Origin: Spirochaetota bacterium
Lineage (GTDB): Bacteria; Spirochaetota; Brachyspiria; Brachyspirales; JACRPF01
Direction: 5' to 3'
Length of the DNA: 64,000 nt
NCBI GenBank assembly: GCA_038043445.1
Contig: JBBTBY010000043.1
Coordinates: 279 to 64,278, forward strand
This document shows positions 27,401 through 36,426 of the stretch, piece after piece. Made by a program: the position numbers and the translations under genes. How positions within the stretch are numbered: position 1 is the first letter of the stretch; each line of letters begins with the position of its first letter. The notes below the pieces were generated by a model that did not search any database, was not told where the DNA came from, and saw only the letters and a program-made list of their open reading frames with translations.

Positions 27401-27641
27401 CATCGTGAACGACAACACCACCGACTGGTGGATGAAACCCGTGTCGGAAGAAAAAAGCGTTCCGTTCCTGGTGCGCGTAAAGCGAACATCGGTTCCGGGG
27501 AATGCTCAGAACGAGCGCTTCATTCGCATATTCGAATGGCTCAATCCCGAACCGGCGAAACAGATAGCGTCGATAGAGTTCACGAGCAGGAACGGCACGG
27601 GGATACCGATACTGCTTGCAATAACCGCGAGAAAGGATTGA
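24495..27641 (+). CDS. secreted LamG-domain + GH-A clan glycoside hydrolase multidomain protein
   Basis: GTG 24495 (GGAGG 5 nt upstream) gives the signal peptide KIVFNSIVVLSIISAALFA. LamG motifs are GTIAFWVLPSD, WVHIAVTWD and IDEVAVWKRQLSDDEI. The TIM barrel has VWEVWNEPD (acid/base) and IMNTEGG (nucleophile). An alternative ATG is at 24468. Confidence 0.75.
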   Translation: MKIVFNSIVVLSIISAALFAAPSGILKDISFCASFDESAKPEYSLGSPVFKPKERNAQIVYTAGKNGKGLLVDKAQNATAVQYYAAGIVDASAGTIAFWVLPSDDSGVIQAFNCEGFIVTTKQNRINFWSYTGDWKNRADTYDPAANNAFFKNEWVHIAVTWDKESGQKIIYINGKKIAFAKGKFPEKPYTPNDSWMNIGGSRPGSGTANDLSGVIDEVAVWKRQLSDDEIATIAANWVPDRNDLLADGDSGTMLKDAAIGYASKNAGDGLYFLDQAVTVLVPITNNTSERNLHAEYQVIDHYGVVVSKSEKDISLPSRNGIMDAFTCQVNKYGMYRIRLILTGDKKEKGKDVATFAVIPKGLSERATRDESFYGTHPKYYGASVRPELWGKDIKKDEYHLDIVCKLGLRWARSHDVLQTTQWYRVEKERGKFDYTISDGVITALKGKDLRMMGSLFATPLWASKNESVHGFHTTEVPPDWNEWERYVRNTVTRYKEYVRVWEVWNEPDAGKKWWGGTPAEYVELLKRSYTVIKSIDPSLEVVGGVISSWINLEAFPTEIFKLGAAKYMDTLSIHWKTKMGDNVMDGIKVFDDFHAYMKKHGPDRPIMNTEGGIWSTSFFSDLDCEGLPPVANRQPPYEQYRDAADNIVKACSIMQSEHVKKYFLYFFRGDGANFAKANLGETYYREMHWDFGAGPFDSAPKPLFIAYAFHAFMLDDMKFSKRLSKDDAVWCFTYANDDHATAVLWAETGMKNIDVTLPLDAAGLTAQNIMLNEKKIQSDGSTITLRLGTEPLYLTGKIDCRKIEAAFENASYDRKLLASMTAKPDVPDAMRSVKGFAQAREARTDGWKNIDIRPFCNMGFYDEKAGDGIGGWTDQGALNNIDGIPTGMQTYYHVPIDIIDPDKNSGRSCIVLQSKETPALPLSAGPIPVNAQAAAIYFTHSCAWAKAGDTIASYAIRYADGSTRDIPIIVNDNTTDWWMKPVSEEKSVPFLVRVKRTSVPGNAQNERFIRIFEWLNPEPAKQIASIEFTSRNGTGIPILLAITARKD

Positions 27642-27676
27642 ATAGTCCCTGACCGAGACCGTGCCCGAGGGTATCC

Positions 27677-29041
27677 ATGCGATTCGACGTACACACGCAT
27701 TTCTTCACCACCGGCATGGCCGGCAAAGGTGTGGATGCTTTTCTCTCAACGCTTCGTCTGCGCGAGATGCTCGACCGCATCGCGACCGTCGGCGACCGTA
27801 CCGAAGCCGATGCGCACCCCGTTGAGGCATTCCTCAAGAACAGTACATCAGAGGACGGCGAGGCGACGCTTTCCGATCTCGATAACGCCGCGGGTGAGCC
27901 GATGGCGTGCTGTCCGCTCATGCTCGATGTGGGGTATATGGAGAAGATACTCCCCTCGCCCGGCAAGGGTGTCGCAAGGACAAGAACACGCGTTGCAGGC
28001 ACCGTGGCCGATACGCTTCTGGGATGGAAAGATGCAGTGGCATCGCGCAGGGGCGGAAGGGCCGATGCGGCTGTCGAAACGGTATCGCGCTGGATATCGG
28101 AGGCCGAAGAACGATTTCGCACCGTGCAGATCGGAGCGGTCGAAAACGATACCGGACGCGCATTCGATTCGCAGATAACAACGCTCACCGAGCTCAAAAA
28201 ACGCCACAGCGACCGGATATTCCCGTTCCTCGGCGTCGACCCGCGGCGCAATGATGCCCTCGATGGAAAACTGCTCTCATTCATCGGCGATATGGTCGGT
28301 AAAGGAAGAACATTCGCCGGGGTAAAGCTCTACCCGCCCATCGGATTCTCGCCTACCGATCCCTTTCTATTCGGCAAGGGCGGCTTCTACGAATATGCCG
28401 AGAAGAACGGCATTCCCATCACCGTGCATTTCTCCGCAGCGGGTTTCGCCGTCATGTCCGACCGCGTTGCGGCCCAAGGCGATATCTATGACGACGATTC
28501 GGGCGAGATAGCGTCGGTCACCGATATATTCGAGGACGGCGTCATCGATTTCCATGCATCGATCGTGAATGTGGGCGAAGCGATATCCGAGCGCATCCGC
28601 GTCTTCAATCATCCGAAGCTCTGGGCGAAAGTGCTCGATGTGTACCCGCGGCTTACGCTCAACCTCGCGCACTTCGGCGGTTTCGGACGGCTGCATCAAT
28701 ACCTTGACGGACGGCGCGCCGGGCATTGGTCGGCCTTCGCACGCGAAGCGATCATCAAATACCCGAACGTATACGCCGATCTCTCCGGCTGGTTCGAGAA
28801 GCGCGAGGACACTTCGATCAGACATCCTTTGGCGACATTCGTTGCGGATGTGTATGCGAAGCTGCCGGGGAATGCGCGGTCGAAGGTGCTCTATGGTTCC
28901 GACTGGTTCATACTGAGCCTCAAGGACCCGGACCTCGGCACCTATATCAAGCGGTTCACTGCGGCGTTCGGAAAGGAATGGGATGCGGTTTCAGTGAAGA
29001 ACCCGAATGCCTTTCTTGCAAGAACTATTGAATACAAATGA
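27677..29041 (+). CDS. amidohydrolase-2 (metal-dependent TIM-barrel hydrolase) family protein with long N-proximal insertion
   Basis: MRFDVHTHFF (HxH), NLAHFGG and VLYGSDWF are present. About 170 Ala/Asp/Arg-rich residues separate the HxH motif from the rest of the barrel. A GAGGG RBS is present. Confidence 0.7.
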   Translation: MRFDVHTHFFTTGMAGKGVDAFLSTLRLREMLDRIATVGDRTEADAHPVEAFLKNSTSEDGEATLSDLDNAAGEPMACCPLMLDVGYMEKILPSPGKGVARTRTRVAGTVADTLLGWKDAVASRRGGRADAAVETVSRWISEAEERFRTVQIGAVENDTGRAFDSQITTLTELKKRHSDRIFPFLGVDPRRNDALDGKLLSFIGDMVGKGRTFAGVKLYPPIGFSPTDPFLFGKGGFYEYAEKNGIPITVHFSAAGFAVMSDRVAAQGDIYDDDSGEIASVTDIFEDGVIDFHASIVNVGEAISERIRVFNHPKLWAKVLDVYPRLTLNLAHFGGFGRLHQYLDGRRAGHWSAFAREAIIKYPNVYADLSGWFEKREDTSIRHPLATFVADVYAKLPGNARSKVLYGSDWFILSLKDPDLGTYIKRFTAAFGKEWDAVSVKNPNAFLARTIEYK

Positions 29042-29071
29042 TAATATGAATAGAGACTGTCGCGAATATAG

Positions 29072-29123
29072 AGAACAAGGGCTCATCCCTCGGCTTGGCT
29101 CGGGAACCGTGAGCCCTTGTTCT
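29072..29123. repeat. copy B of the palindromic repeat family (14-bp arms, 24-nt loop)
   Basis: AGAACAAGGGCTCA ...24 nt... TGAGCCCTTGTTCT has flanks ATATAG... and ...ATTCGATACT. The box is present in inverted orientation (GAGACTGTCGCG, 29053-29064), 12 nt after the amidohydrolase stop. Confidence 0.65.
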
Positions 29124-29200
29124 ATTCGATACTGCTCCCTTTGTCTTCAGAGTATATGTATATCGATTCCCATGCTATTTTTGCAATAGCCTGCCGTTGC

Positions 29201-29229
29201 TTGCCATTCCTTCCGGAACAGAATAGAAT
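29201..29229 (+). promoter_or_regulatory. sigma70-type promoter of third PQQ-propeller gene
   Basis: TTGCCA ttccttccggaacagaa TAGAAT. It is followed at 29235-29247 by the palindrome TTGATC-C-GATCAA, a possible operator. Confidence 0.45.
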
Positions 29230-29271
29230 CGTAATTGATCCGATCAACAATTCATTGTAGAGAGGCATATA

Positions 29272-30591
29272 ATGCGAAACTCGCTGCTCACGCTCGCTCT
29301 GGCTGCCGGAGCCCTGTTCTCACAAACGACCGACTGGCCCTCATGGCGCGGACCATTGCACACTGGCGTTTCTGCCGCTGATCCGACGACGACGTGGAGC
29401 GAGACGAAGAATATCAAATGGAAAACCGTCATTCCCGGGCGCGGACATTCATCACCGATAATATGGAAAGGGAAGATATATCTCACGACCGCGATCGAGA
29501 CCGGCAAAGCAGCTGATGTTGAGAAAGTGAAAGCGGTAGAAGCTGAGACGCCGGAATTCCACCGGAAGAGCGCGCATCTTCCGGCGAAGTCGCTCGCGTT
29601 CGCTGTTGTTGCGGTGAATGCTGCTGACGGAAAGATCGTGTGGAAAGAATCCATGCTCGAAGAGATACCGTTCTCCGCAACGCATGCGGACGGGTCATGG
29701 GCATCGGGTTCTTCAACGACCGACGGTGAGCATCTTTACACCTACTTCGGTTCATACGGCCTCTATTGCCTCGATATGAACGGAAAGAAGATATGGTCAA
29801 AACGCTTCGGTCTCATGAAGATGAAAGCGAATTTCGGCGAGGGCATATCGCCCGTGCTCTCCGGCGACTTGGTGATAATGAACCTCGACCAGGAAAGCGG
29901 TTCAGCTCTCGTCGCGCTCGATAAAAAGACCGGTGCTGAAAAATGGCGCGTGACGCGCGATGAACAGACATCGTGGTCGACGCCGCTTGTCGTCTCCGTG
30001 CACGGCAAAACGCAGATAGTCGTATCGGCAACGAAGAAGATCCGAAGCTACGATGCGCACAACGGCACGCTCATCTGGGAATGCGCCGGCATGACCGGTA
30101 ATGTCATTCCGTGTCCGGTGTTCGACGGGAAGAACGTCATCTGCATGAGCGGTTTCCGCGGGGCCTCGCTTCTTGCAATAGACATCGCCTCCGCGAAAGG
30201 CGATATCACCGACAGCAAAAGCATAGTCTGGTCGAAACAGAAGGACACGCCGTATGTGCCGTCACCGGTGCTCGCCGACGGTCTGCTTTATTATCTGAAA
30301 GCGAATGACGGCGTCATAACCTGTGTGCGGTCGGCGGACGGCGCGGTTCAGTACGGGCCGCAAAAGCTTGAGGACATGAAGCAGATATTCTCATCGCCGA
30401 TTGCAGCGGGCAAGTATATCTACCTCTTCGGAAAGGACGGCACCGGCGTGGTGCTTGCAAAGGGCTCATCGTTCAAAGTGATATCGGTCAATAAGCTCGA
30501 TGACGGCATCACCGCGTCCCCCGCGGCGATCGGCGGTGATCTCATTGTGCGGGGGCATACGAAGCTTTACTGCATTGCGAACGGGAAATAG
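29272..30591 (+). CDS. secreted PQQ-like beta-propeller repeat protein
   Basis: Signal peptide MRNSLLTLALAAGALFSQ is followed by DWPSWRGPLHTG and repeated blades (IKWKT, IVWKE, KIWSKRF, EKWRV, LIWECAG). An AGAGAGG RBS is present. Confidence 0.8.
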   Translation: MRNSLLTLALAAGALFSQTTDWPSWRGPLHTGVSAADPTTTWSETKNIKWKTVIPGRGHSSPIIWKGKIYLTTAIETGKAADVEKVKAVEAETPEFHRKSAHLPAKSLAFAVVAVNAADGKIVWKESMLEEIPFSATHADGSWASGSSTTDGEHLYTYFGSYGLYCLDMNGKKIWSKRFGLMKMKANFGEGISPVLSGDLVIMNLDQESGSALVALDKKTGAEKWRVTRDEQTSWSTPLVVSVHGKTQIVVSATKKIRSYDAHNGTLIWECAGMTGNVIPCPVFDGKNVICMSGFRGASLLAIDIASAKGDITDSKSIVWSKQKDTPYVPSPVLADGLLYYLKANDGVITCVRSADGAVQYGPQKLEDMKQIFSSPIAAGKYIYLFGKDGTGVVLAKGSSFKVISVNKLDDGITASPAAIGGDLIVRGHTKLYCIANGK

Positions 30592-30597
30592 ATACCC

Positions 30598-32607
30598 CTA
30601 CCGCTCGATGACCACCGCTTCATGGATATACATGGTATCGACGGTGATCTTCGCCTTCCCGTTCTCATAGGTGAAGGGAATATCATTTTTCGTATACGCC
30701 GAGTACACGCGTGACGGTTTTTTCTCCAAGCGTATCTCCGCAGGTATGCGATGCAGCTCGTTCACATCCTCGATGATGAGCATTTTCACGCCGCGTCCCC
30801 ATCCTGCACCGCTCTCGCCGCGGGGCTGTATCTCCGCATAGAGGAGATGGAGCACGATGCGGTTCTTTTCCTTCTGTTCCATGAAGCTCATGCGCCCGCT
30901 CGACGGCAGTTTCACCGAAAGTTCCCGATCCGGCAGAAGCTTATTGATCGCGCCGCGGACGAGATATTTATAGAGCGGCTGCCCGCGATCGTAGTATGTC
31001 TTGAATATCGGATACGCAATGTAGACAATATTCCCGTCCATGATTATCGCATCGTTCTCCGAAGAGCGTTCCGTCTTGTACGGCGTATGCTGATGCGAGC
31101 AGAAATGCTCCCATGTCCGATTGAAGTACGGATTGTATACTTCGGCAAGGACATCGGCACCGGCTGCCTTCACCTTCTGCGCCGCGGCATACATCACGAA
31201 CGGCGATTCGATGAGGCTGTCATCGAGTCCGCTCACCGCCTTCACGTAATCCGGATTGAACTCCGATGCACCTAACACTTTCGCGCGCATATCGACGGCG
31301 AACGCTGACGCATCCGGCTTCATCCCCGACGTGCCGGAAAGGAGGAGTTTCCCGCCCTTTTTCACATACGCGTTCACTTTTTTCGCGAGCGCATCGTCGA
31401 GCGTACAGATGTCCGGCAGGACGATGAGCTTGTACTTCGAGAAGTCCTCGTCCATATCGATGACATCGTACATAAGATGAAGTTCGTTCAGTATGCGCGC
31501 CGCACCCATGTCAATCGATTCGTGCTCGCGGGAATGGAACACTGCTTCCGCGGAAAGGAGCGCTATCTCCGAACACGGTGTCGAGCCGATGGCATATTCC
31601 TCGAGTGCTTTCACCCTCGAATATCCCGCGCCGATGGTCTTATACGTATCCATATCCATTTTTCCAGATGGATGGAGCTGATCTCCCACGCTTGAACGCG
31701 CACCGAGCGATGTCATGAGCGCGCATTCATATTCGAGCGCCGCCGGGCGTTTGAAGCCGCCGAACTCGCCCCAGGATGTGTGGAATTTCCCCGTCATGCC
31801 GAGATATTCCATACCGAGCGTATTCGCATAGCGCGCCGAGAGCGGGAAGTGATCGTAGCCCCAGCCCGCCGTCGGGAGCGATTCGAGTTCAAGATGCGTG
31901 AAGTACTGCCAGCGTTCGCGTTCACCCTTATAGATATGACCGCTGTTGTGGAAAATGCGCATCGATGGATCTTTCTTATGCACAGCACCGGTGACACGTT
32001 TGTAATAATCCATTATCACAGTGCGGTGATTGGCGAGGCGGTCCTCTTTTTTGTTCGGATCGAGGCCCGCTTTTTTCATGCGTTCGATGCAATTGCGGCA
32101 GCAGCAGTCCCATGCGATGAGTATATCGAAAAATAATCCGTCAGCCTTGTACATGTCCATCACTTCATGCGCCTGCGCTATGACAAGATCGACATATTCG
32201 TCATTGCTGAGGCACAGCGAATGCCATCCGGCTCCAAGCTGATTGAGGTCCGACTGCTGCGAGGCGGCATCACCCTTCACCACGCGCCATTCCGGATGCT
32301 CGCGGGCAACGCGCTCGTTCCACTGCACGGTGATGTACACCGGCGCGTTCACGCCGTTCGCATGACACGCATCGATCATATCGCCGAGGAGGTCCTTGTT
32401 CTTCAGGTTCGGATGCGCCTTCCCGACCTTGGTCGGATAATACGCCCAGCCGTGATGACATACGGCGAACACGGTTATCGAATCGACATTGCCGACCGTA
32501 AGCGCTTCGGCGAACTGCTTTTTGTCGAATTGTGCGCCGACATCGGGTATATGTTCCGACGTGTGGAAATCGAGATGAACTTGGCGATAGCGGAACTGGC
32601 TTTTCAT
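30598..32607 (-). CDS. putative glycoside hydrolase, GHL6-like TIM barrel + beta-galactosidase-trimerisation-like domain
   Basis: RYRQVHLDFHTSEHIPDVGAQFD...VFAVCHHGWAYYPT...DACHANGVNAPVYITVQWNE is typical of the 'hypothetical glycosyl hydrolase 6' family as I remember it. ATG 32607 has a GGAG 5 nt upstream. GTG 32613 (a GTGA overlap with the fucosidase stop) is the alternative. Confidence 0.6.
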   Translation of the reverse strand: MKSQFRYRQVHLDFHTSEHIPDVGAQFDKKQFAEALTVGNVDSITVFAVCHHGWAYYPTKVGKAHPNLKNKDLLGDMIDACHANGVNAPVYITVQWNERVAREHPEWRVVKGDAASQQSDLNQLGAGWHSLCLSNDEYVDLVIAQAHEVMDMYKADGLFFDILIAWDCCCRNCIERMKKAGLDPNKKEDRLANHRTVIMDYYKRVTGAVHKKDPSMRIFHNSGHIYKGERERWQYFTHLELESLPTAGWGYDHFPLSARYANTLGMEYLGMTGKFHTSWGEFGGFKRPAALEYECALMTSLGARSSVGDQLHPSGKMDMDTYKTIGAGYSRVKALEEYAIGSTPCSEIALLSAEAVFHSREHESIDMGAARILNELHLMYDVIDMDEDFSKYKLIVLPDICTLDDALAKKVNAYVKKGGKLLLSGTSGMKPDASAFAVDMRAKVLGASEFNPDYVKAVSGLDDSLIESPFVMYAAAQKVKAAGADVLAEVYNPYFNRTWEHFCSHQHTPYKTERSSENDAIIMDGNIVYIAYPIFKTYYDRGQPLYKYLVRGAINKLLPDRELSVKLPSSGRMSFMEQKEKNRIVLHLLYAEIQPRGESGAGWGRGVKMLIIEDVNELHRIPAEIRLEKKPSRVYSAYTKNDIPFTYENGKAKITVDTMYIHEAVVIER

Positions 32608-32609
32608 GG

Positions 32610-33914
32610 TCACTCCAGAAATAATTCTATCACCGGTACGGTGACGTTGGGCTTTACCTGCGGCAGCGTTATCGTTATCGCGTCAGTGGCGAGGCCGAGC
32701 TGTTTCGCATGCCACTCATCCATTTTGATGCCGACCTCAGAGCCGTCGTTGAGAAGCTGTGCATATTTTACCTTGCCGCCGAATCCGTCGCAATGGAGAT
32801 GCTTGTACGGCCAAACGAAGCAATGGACGTAGAGGCGTTTCGTATCGGGATTGTAGGTGAGACGGCAGCCGTCCGGCGTCTTGAACTCCGCGGGCGCCTG
32901 CGTGCATCCATAGATGGAGCGGCTGTGTCTGCGCATCCACGTCCCTATGCCGTTGAGGCGTTCGAGCGCTCTCTCGTCGAATTCGCCGCGGGCGGTTGGA
33001 CCTACATTGAGAAGGAGATTGCCGCCCTTCGATACGCAATCGATAAGTGTTTCTATCAGATTTTCCGTGCTTCTGAAACTCGCTTCATCGCGATGATATC
33101 CCCAAGAGCCGGAAAGAGTCTGACATGCCTCCCATACCACGGGTTTTCCGTTCACGGTCACCCATTCGCGCGGCTGTACCTGCTCGGGCGTTTTCACATC
33201 CCAGCCGTCGGGGAGATCGAGCCTGTCGTCGAGTATGACGTGCGGCTGAAGTTTCCGTATCATCGCCATGAGCTCGGCGGAGCGCCACGCCTTGTGACCT
33301 TTGCCGCGGGTGAAATCGTCCGGGGCTTCCTTGTCGGGGAATGAGAAGTCGAACCAGAGCACATCGATCGTGCCGTAATCGGTGAGTATCTCCTTCACCT
33401 GTCCGTGGAGATAGTCGGCATATTTCATCTGATCGCGGCCCTGGTTCATCTTCTCACGCTCAGGGCTTTCGCGATACGGTCCGTTCTTATTGTCGATGAC
33501 ATACTGCGGATGATGCCAGTCGATGATGGAATGATAGAGCCCCACTTTCATATCGCGTTTTCTGAACGCTTCTATCATCGGGCGAAGGAGGTCGCGTTTG
33601 GCCGGCGTATTCTGCGCTTTATAATCGGTAAGCTTGGAATCCCAGAGACAGAACCCCTCGTGATGCTTCGTCGTTATCACGAAGTATTTCATTCCCGCAT
33701 TCGAGGCTGCGTCCGCCCAGAGATTGGGGTCATAGAGATCGGGGTCGAATCGCTTGAAATATTTTTCATCGTACACTTCGTTCGGTATACGCTCCGTATG
33801 CTTCACCCATTCGTGACGGGCCGCCATCGAATAGAGTCCCCAGTGTATGAAAAGACCGAAGCGATCCTTCACGAACCATTTCGTATCGCCCGGGGTTTTC
33901 AATGTCTCAAGCAT
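32610..33914 (-). CDS. alpha-L-fucosidase (GH29)
   Basis: WFVKDRFGLFIHWGLYSMAARHEW...AGMKYFVITTKHHEGFCLWDS is the GH29 signature. ATG 33914 is preceded by GGAAAGGAG. The track start at 34034 is over-extended. Confidence 0.9.
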   Translation of the reverse strand: MLETLKTPGDTKWFVKDRFGLFIHWGLYSMAARHEWVKHTERIPNEVYDEKYFKRFDPDLYDPNLWADAASNAGMKYFVITTKHHEGFCLWDSKLTDYKAQNTPAKRDLLRPMIEAFRKRDMKVGLYHSIIDWHHPQYVIDNKNGPYRESPEREKMNQGRDQMKYADYLHGQVKEILTDYGTIDVLWFDFSFPDKEAPDDFTRGKGHKAWRSAELMAMIRKLQPHVILDDRLDLPDGWDVKTPEQVQPREWVTVNGKPVVWEACQTLSGSWGYHRDEASFRSTENLIETLIDCVSKGGNLLLNVGPTARGEFDERALERLNGIGTWMRRHSRSIYGCTQAPAEFKTPDGCRLTYNPDTKRLYVHCFVWPYKHLHCDGFGGKVKYAQLLNDGSEVGIKMDEWHAKQLGLATDAITITLPQVKPNVTVPVIELFLE

Positions 33915-34025
33915 AGCGAACTCCTTTCCGCACGAGCGCGGATGTCGGGAATAGCATAAGCATGTGCCGGTATGGGGGGAACGTTTTTCATTGACAATAA
34001 GGTGTATTTTGTTGACTTTCGCAAC

Positions 34026-34062
34026 GGTTCGCACAAATCGACCTCCGTGTCTCGTGCGAACC
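34026..34062. other. stem-loop GGTTCGCAC-19 nt-GTGCGAACC between recombinase and fucosidase genes
   Basis: A 9-bp perfect stem lies 14 nt downstream of the recombinase stop on the minus strand. There is no U-tract. It could be a terminator or a regulatory hairpin. Confidence 0.3.
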
Positions 34063-34075
34063 TCGGCCTCCGTGC

Positions 34076-34960
34076 CTACGCGTGCGGATGCGCTCTGTTA
34101 TACACTTCGATGATCCTTCGGTTGGTGACATGCGTGTAGCGCTGTGTCGTCGACAACGATGAATGTCCAAGGAGTTCCTGCACGGCGCGTATGTCGGCTC
34201 CGTTGTTGATAAGATGCGTGGCGAACGTATGCCGAAGCGTGTGCGGCGATATTTTCCTGCCGATGGCGAGCCGCCGTATCAGTATCTTCATGATATGCCG
34301 CACGCCGCGCTGACCGAGCGGGGTGCCGTTCTTGTTGATGAAAAGCGCTTCGCAGATACGGCCCGAGGCGGTCAGATACCGCGTCCTTCCCGCGAGATAA
34401 TCCGGCAGCGTCCGGGTTATCGCAGGGAGAAGGGGTATCTCGCGTACTTTATCGCCCTTGCCGGTGATGCGTATCATGTCCGAGGATGCATCAATGGCAT
34501 CGACCGTGAGTGAACAGAGCTCCGACACACGAAGCCCGCTCGCATAGAAGAGGAGTATCATGTAGCGGTTGCGCAGCGAAAGAAAATCGTTGCCGCCGAG
34601 GGAGAGCATGCGCTCTATCTCATCTGGCTCGAGGAAAGTAACGATGTTCTTTTCCGTGCGGGGCGAACGCATATCGAGTATGCCGTTGTCGGTAAAGCGC
34701 CCGGAACGTACGAGGAAAAAATAGAATTTCTTTATCGCCGAGAGATGGCGCGCCATGGTGCGGTTGCTGCACCCTTTGTTCTTCACATGCGAGAGATACG
34801 CGCGCACCGTGAACGCGGTAGCATCCGTAACGGACTTCCCTATCGATGACAGATACCCGGTATAGAAGCCGAGGTCCTTGCCGTACGCGAGTATCGTGTT
34901 CTCGGAGCGCTTGCGCGACCTGAGGTAATCCGAGAACGAAGCGAGTATGTCCGAATCCAT
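34076..34960 (-). CDS. site-specific tyrosine recombinase XerC/XerD family
   Basis: 294 aa. The catalytic region is GLRVSEL (Arg I) and HTLRHTFATHLINNGADIRAVQELLGHSSLSTTQRYTHV (HxxR ... H ... Y). A GGAG RBS is present. XerC and XerD cannot be told apart by eye. Confidence 0.85.
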   Translation of the reverse strand: MDSDILASFSDYLRSRKRSENTILAYGKDLGFYTGYLSSIGKSVTDATAFTVRAYLSHVKNKGCSNRTMARHLSAIKKFYFFLVRSGRFTDNGILDMRSPRTEKNIVTFLEPDEIERMLSLGGNDFLSLRNRYMILLFYASGLRVSELCSLTVDAIDASSDMIRITGKGDKVREIPLLPAITRTLPDYLAGRTRYLTASGRICEALFINKNGTPLGQRGVRHIMKILIRRLAIGRKISPHTLRHTFATHLINNGADIRAVQELLGHSSLSTTQRYTHVTNRRIIEVYNRAHPHA

Positions 34961-35051
34961 GGAGGGCTCCGATTACATTATCGGAACACGGATGCGTAAA
35001 AATGATGCGCTTCATCGCCGATGGTGCGATCAACCGCGTGCCCTGCGAACC

Positions 35052-36308
35052 CTACCCCATTCGATAGATCATCCTAAGCTCTTCGCCCAGTATCGCTATC
35101 CCGCGTGCCGTCATGGCTTCGTCCATGGCATAATTCATCCGTATGCATTCATCGGTATGGTCCCATTGTTCAGCGAGCGCATCGAAAAAATAATGGCCGG
35201 GGACGACGAGCAGGCCCTTTTTTTTCAGCCGCTCGTAGAGTTGAAGACAGGTTATCGGCAGCCCCTTGAACCAGAGCCATACGAAGAATGCGCCTTCTAT
35301 CTTATGGAGATAATAGGGGAGCCCGTCAAGTTCCCTGCGGATCACGCGTTCGATATTCGTCGCGCGAGCGCGATAGAAAGGGAATATCGTATCACGCACG
35401 ATGTTCTTTATCTCACCGGTGCGGATATACGGCTCAAGTATCGCCTGTCCGATAGTGCCGTTGGCGAGATTGACAATGGCATTGATGGACGCTATCGCCG
35501 CAACGATCTCCTCATTGGCGATCATGATGCCTGTCCGTGTCGATGGCAGCCCGAGCTTTGAGAGGCTCATCGATAGAATGATGTGCTTGTCCCAATGCAG
35601 TGTAGCCGGCTCAAAAAGGACACCAGGGAATGGATGACCATACGCATTGTCGATGATGAGCGGTATGCCCTTTGCGCGCGCCATGTCGGAAAGGTGCGCA
35701 AGCTCGCTGTCGGTGATGACATTCCCGGTAGGATTCGTCGGGCGGGAAATGCATATCGCAGCGATGTCGTCGCCGATGGTGAAATCATCGAAATCGATGT
35801 GATATTTGAACGTGTGCTCATCGATGATCTCTATCTTCGGCTTGCGCGATACGAAAAGCCCGTGATTGATGCCCTGGTCGACATAGCCGATATATTCCGG
35901 GCAAAGCGGGAACAGTATCTTCCTGCTCACGCCGCCGTCGTATTCGCCGCCGAGGATGTTGAACAGAAAGAAAAAACTGTTCTGACTCCCGTTCGTTATC
36001 GCGATGTTCGCCGCCGTGATGTTCCAGCCGTATTCGCGGTTGAAAAAAACGACGAGCGCATCGATGAATTCCTTCTTTCCCTGCGGCGCATCGTAGTTGC
36101 CGATGACACGTTCGAACTCGTCGTCCTTATCGAGAATCTCGTGCATGCGGCTGCGCCATATCGATCCCACGGCGGGTATATGCGCGGGATTGCCGCCGCC
36201 CATCATTATCATGTTCGTGCCGTCGTTGAGGGCTTTGCCGAGATCGTCCATGAGCGTGAGAATGCCCGACCGCTCCGTCATCTTCTTCCCGAATTTCGAC
36301 AGCTCCAT
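35052..36308 (-). CDS. avtA: valine--pyruvate aminotransferase (class I PLP aminotransferase)
   Basis: The similarity to E. coli AvtA, as I remember it, runs end to end (RSGILTLMDDL..., GGGNPAHIP, NYDAPQGK, ITNGSQNSFFFLFN, FPLCPEYIGY, ISRPTNPTGNVITD, SMSLSKLGLP, FFVWLWFKGLPIT, RMNY). Confidence 0.85.
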   Translation of the reverse strand: MELSKFGKKMTERSGILTLMDDLGKALNDGTNMIMMGGGNPAHIPAVGSIWRSRMHEILDKDDEFERVIGNYDAPQGKKEFIDALVVFFNREYGWNITAANIAITNGSQNSFFFLFNILGGEYDGGVSRKILFPLCPEYIGYVDQGINHGLFVSRKPKIEIIDEHTFKYHIDFDDFTIGDDIAAICISRPTNPTGNVITDSELAHLSDMARAKGIPLIIDNAYGHPFPGVLFEPATLHWDKHIILSMSLSKLGLPSTRTGIMIANEEIVAAIASINAIVNLANGTIGQAILEPYIRTGEIKNIVRDTIFPFYRARATNIERVIRRELDGLPYYLHKIEGAFFVWLWFKGLPITCLQLYERLKKKGLLVVPGHYFFDALAEQWDHTDECIRMNYAMDEAMTARGIAILGEELRMIYRMG

Positions 36309-36390
36309 GGCAGAACTCCATTACGATGCTCCATTGTATCACGCTTTTACGGCAAGGGAAATACCGGGAATATATCGATACTCAGCTCTA

Positions 36391-36419
36391 TTGCGATAAT
36401 GAACGGATGTTTATATAGT
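36391..36419 (+). promoter_or_regulatory. sigma70-type promoter of B12-radical SAM gene, leaderless geometry
   Basis: TTGCGA taatgaacggatgttta TATAGT aacggca ATG(36427). Confidence 0.5.
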
Positions 36420-36426
36420 AACGGCA

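Noticed and set aside
34076-34960. Tyrosine recombinase as a marker of an integrated mobile element or genomic island.
   Set aside because: Its length and motifs fit a housekeeping XerC/XerD. I see no flanking direct repeats, no adjacent tRNA, and no phage, transposon or conjugation genes. Its neighbours are a fucosidase and avtA. I cannot exclude an integrative element without the whole genome.
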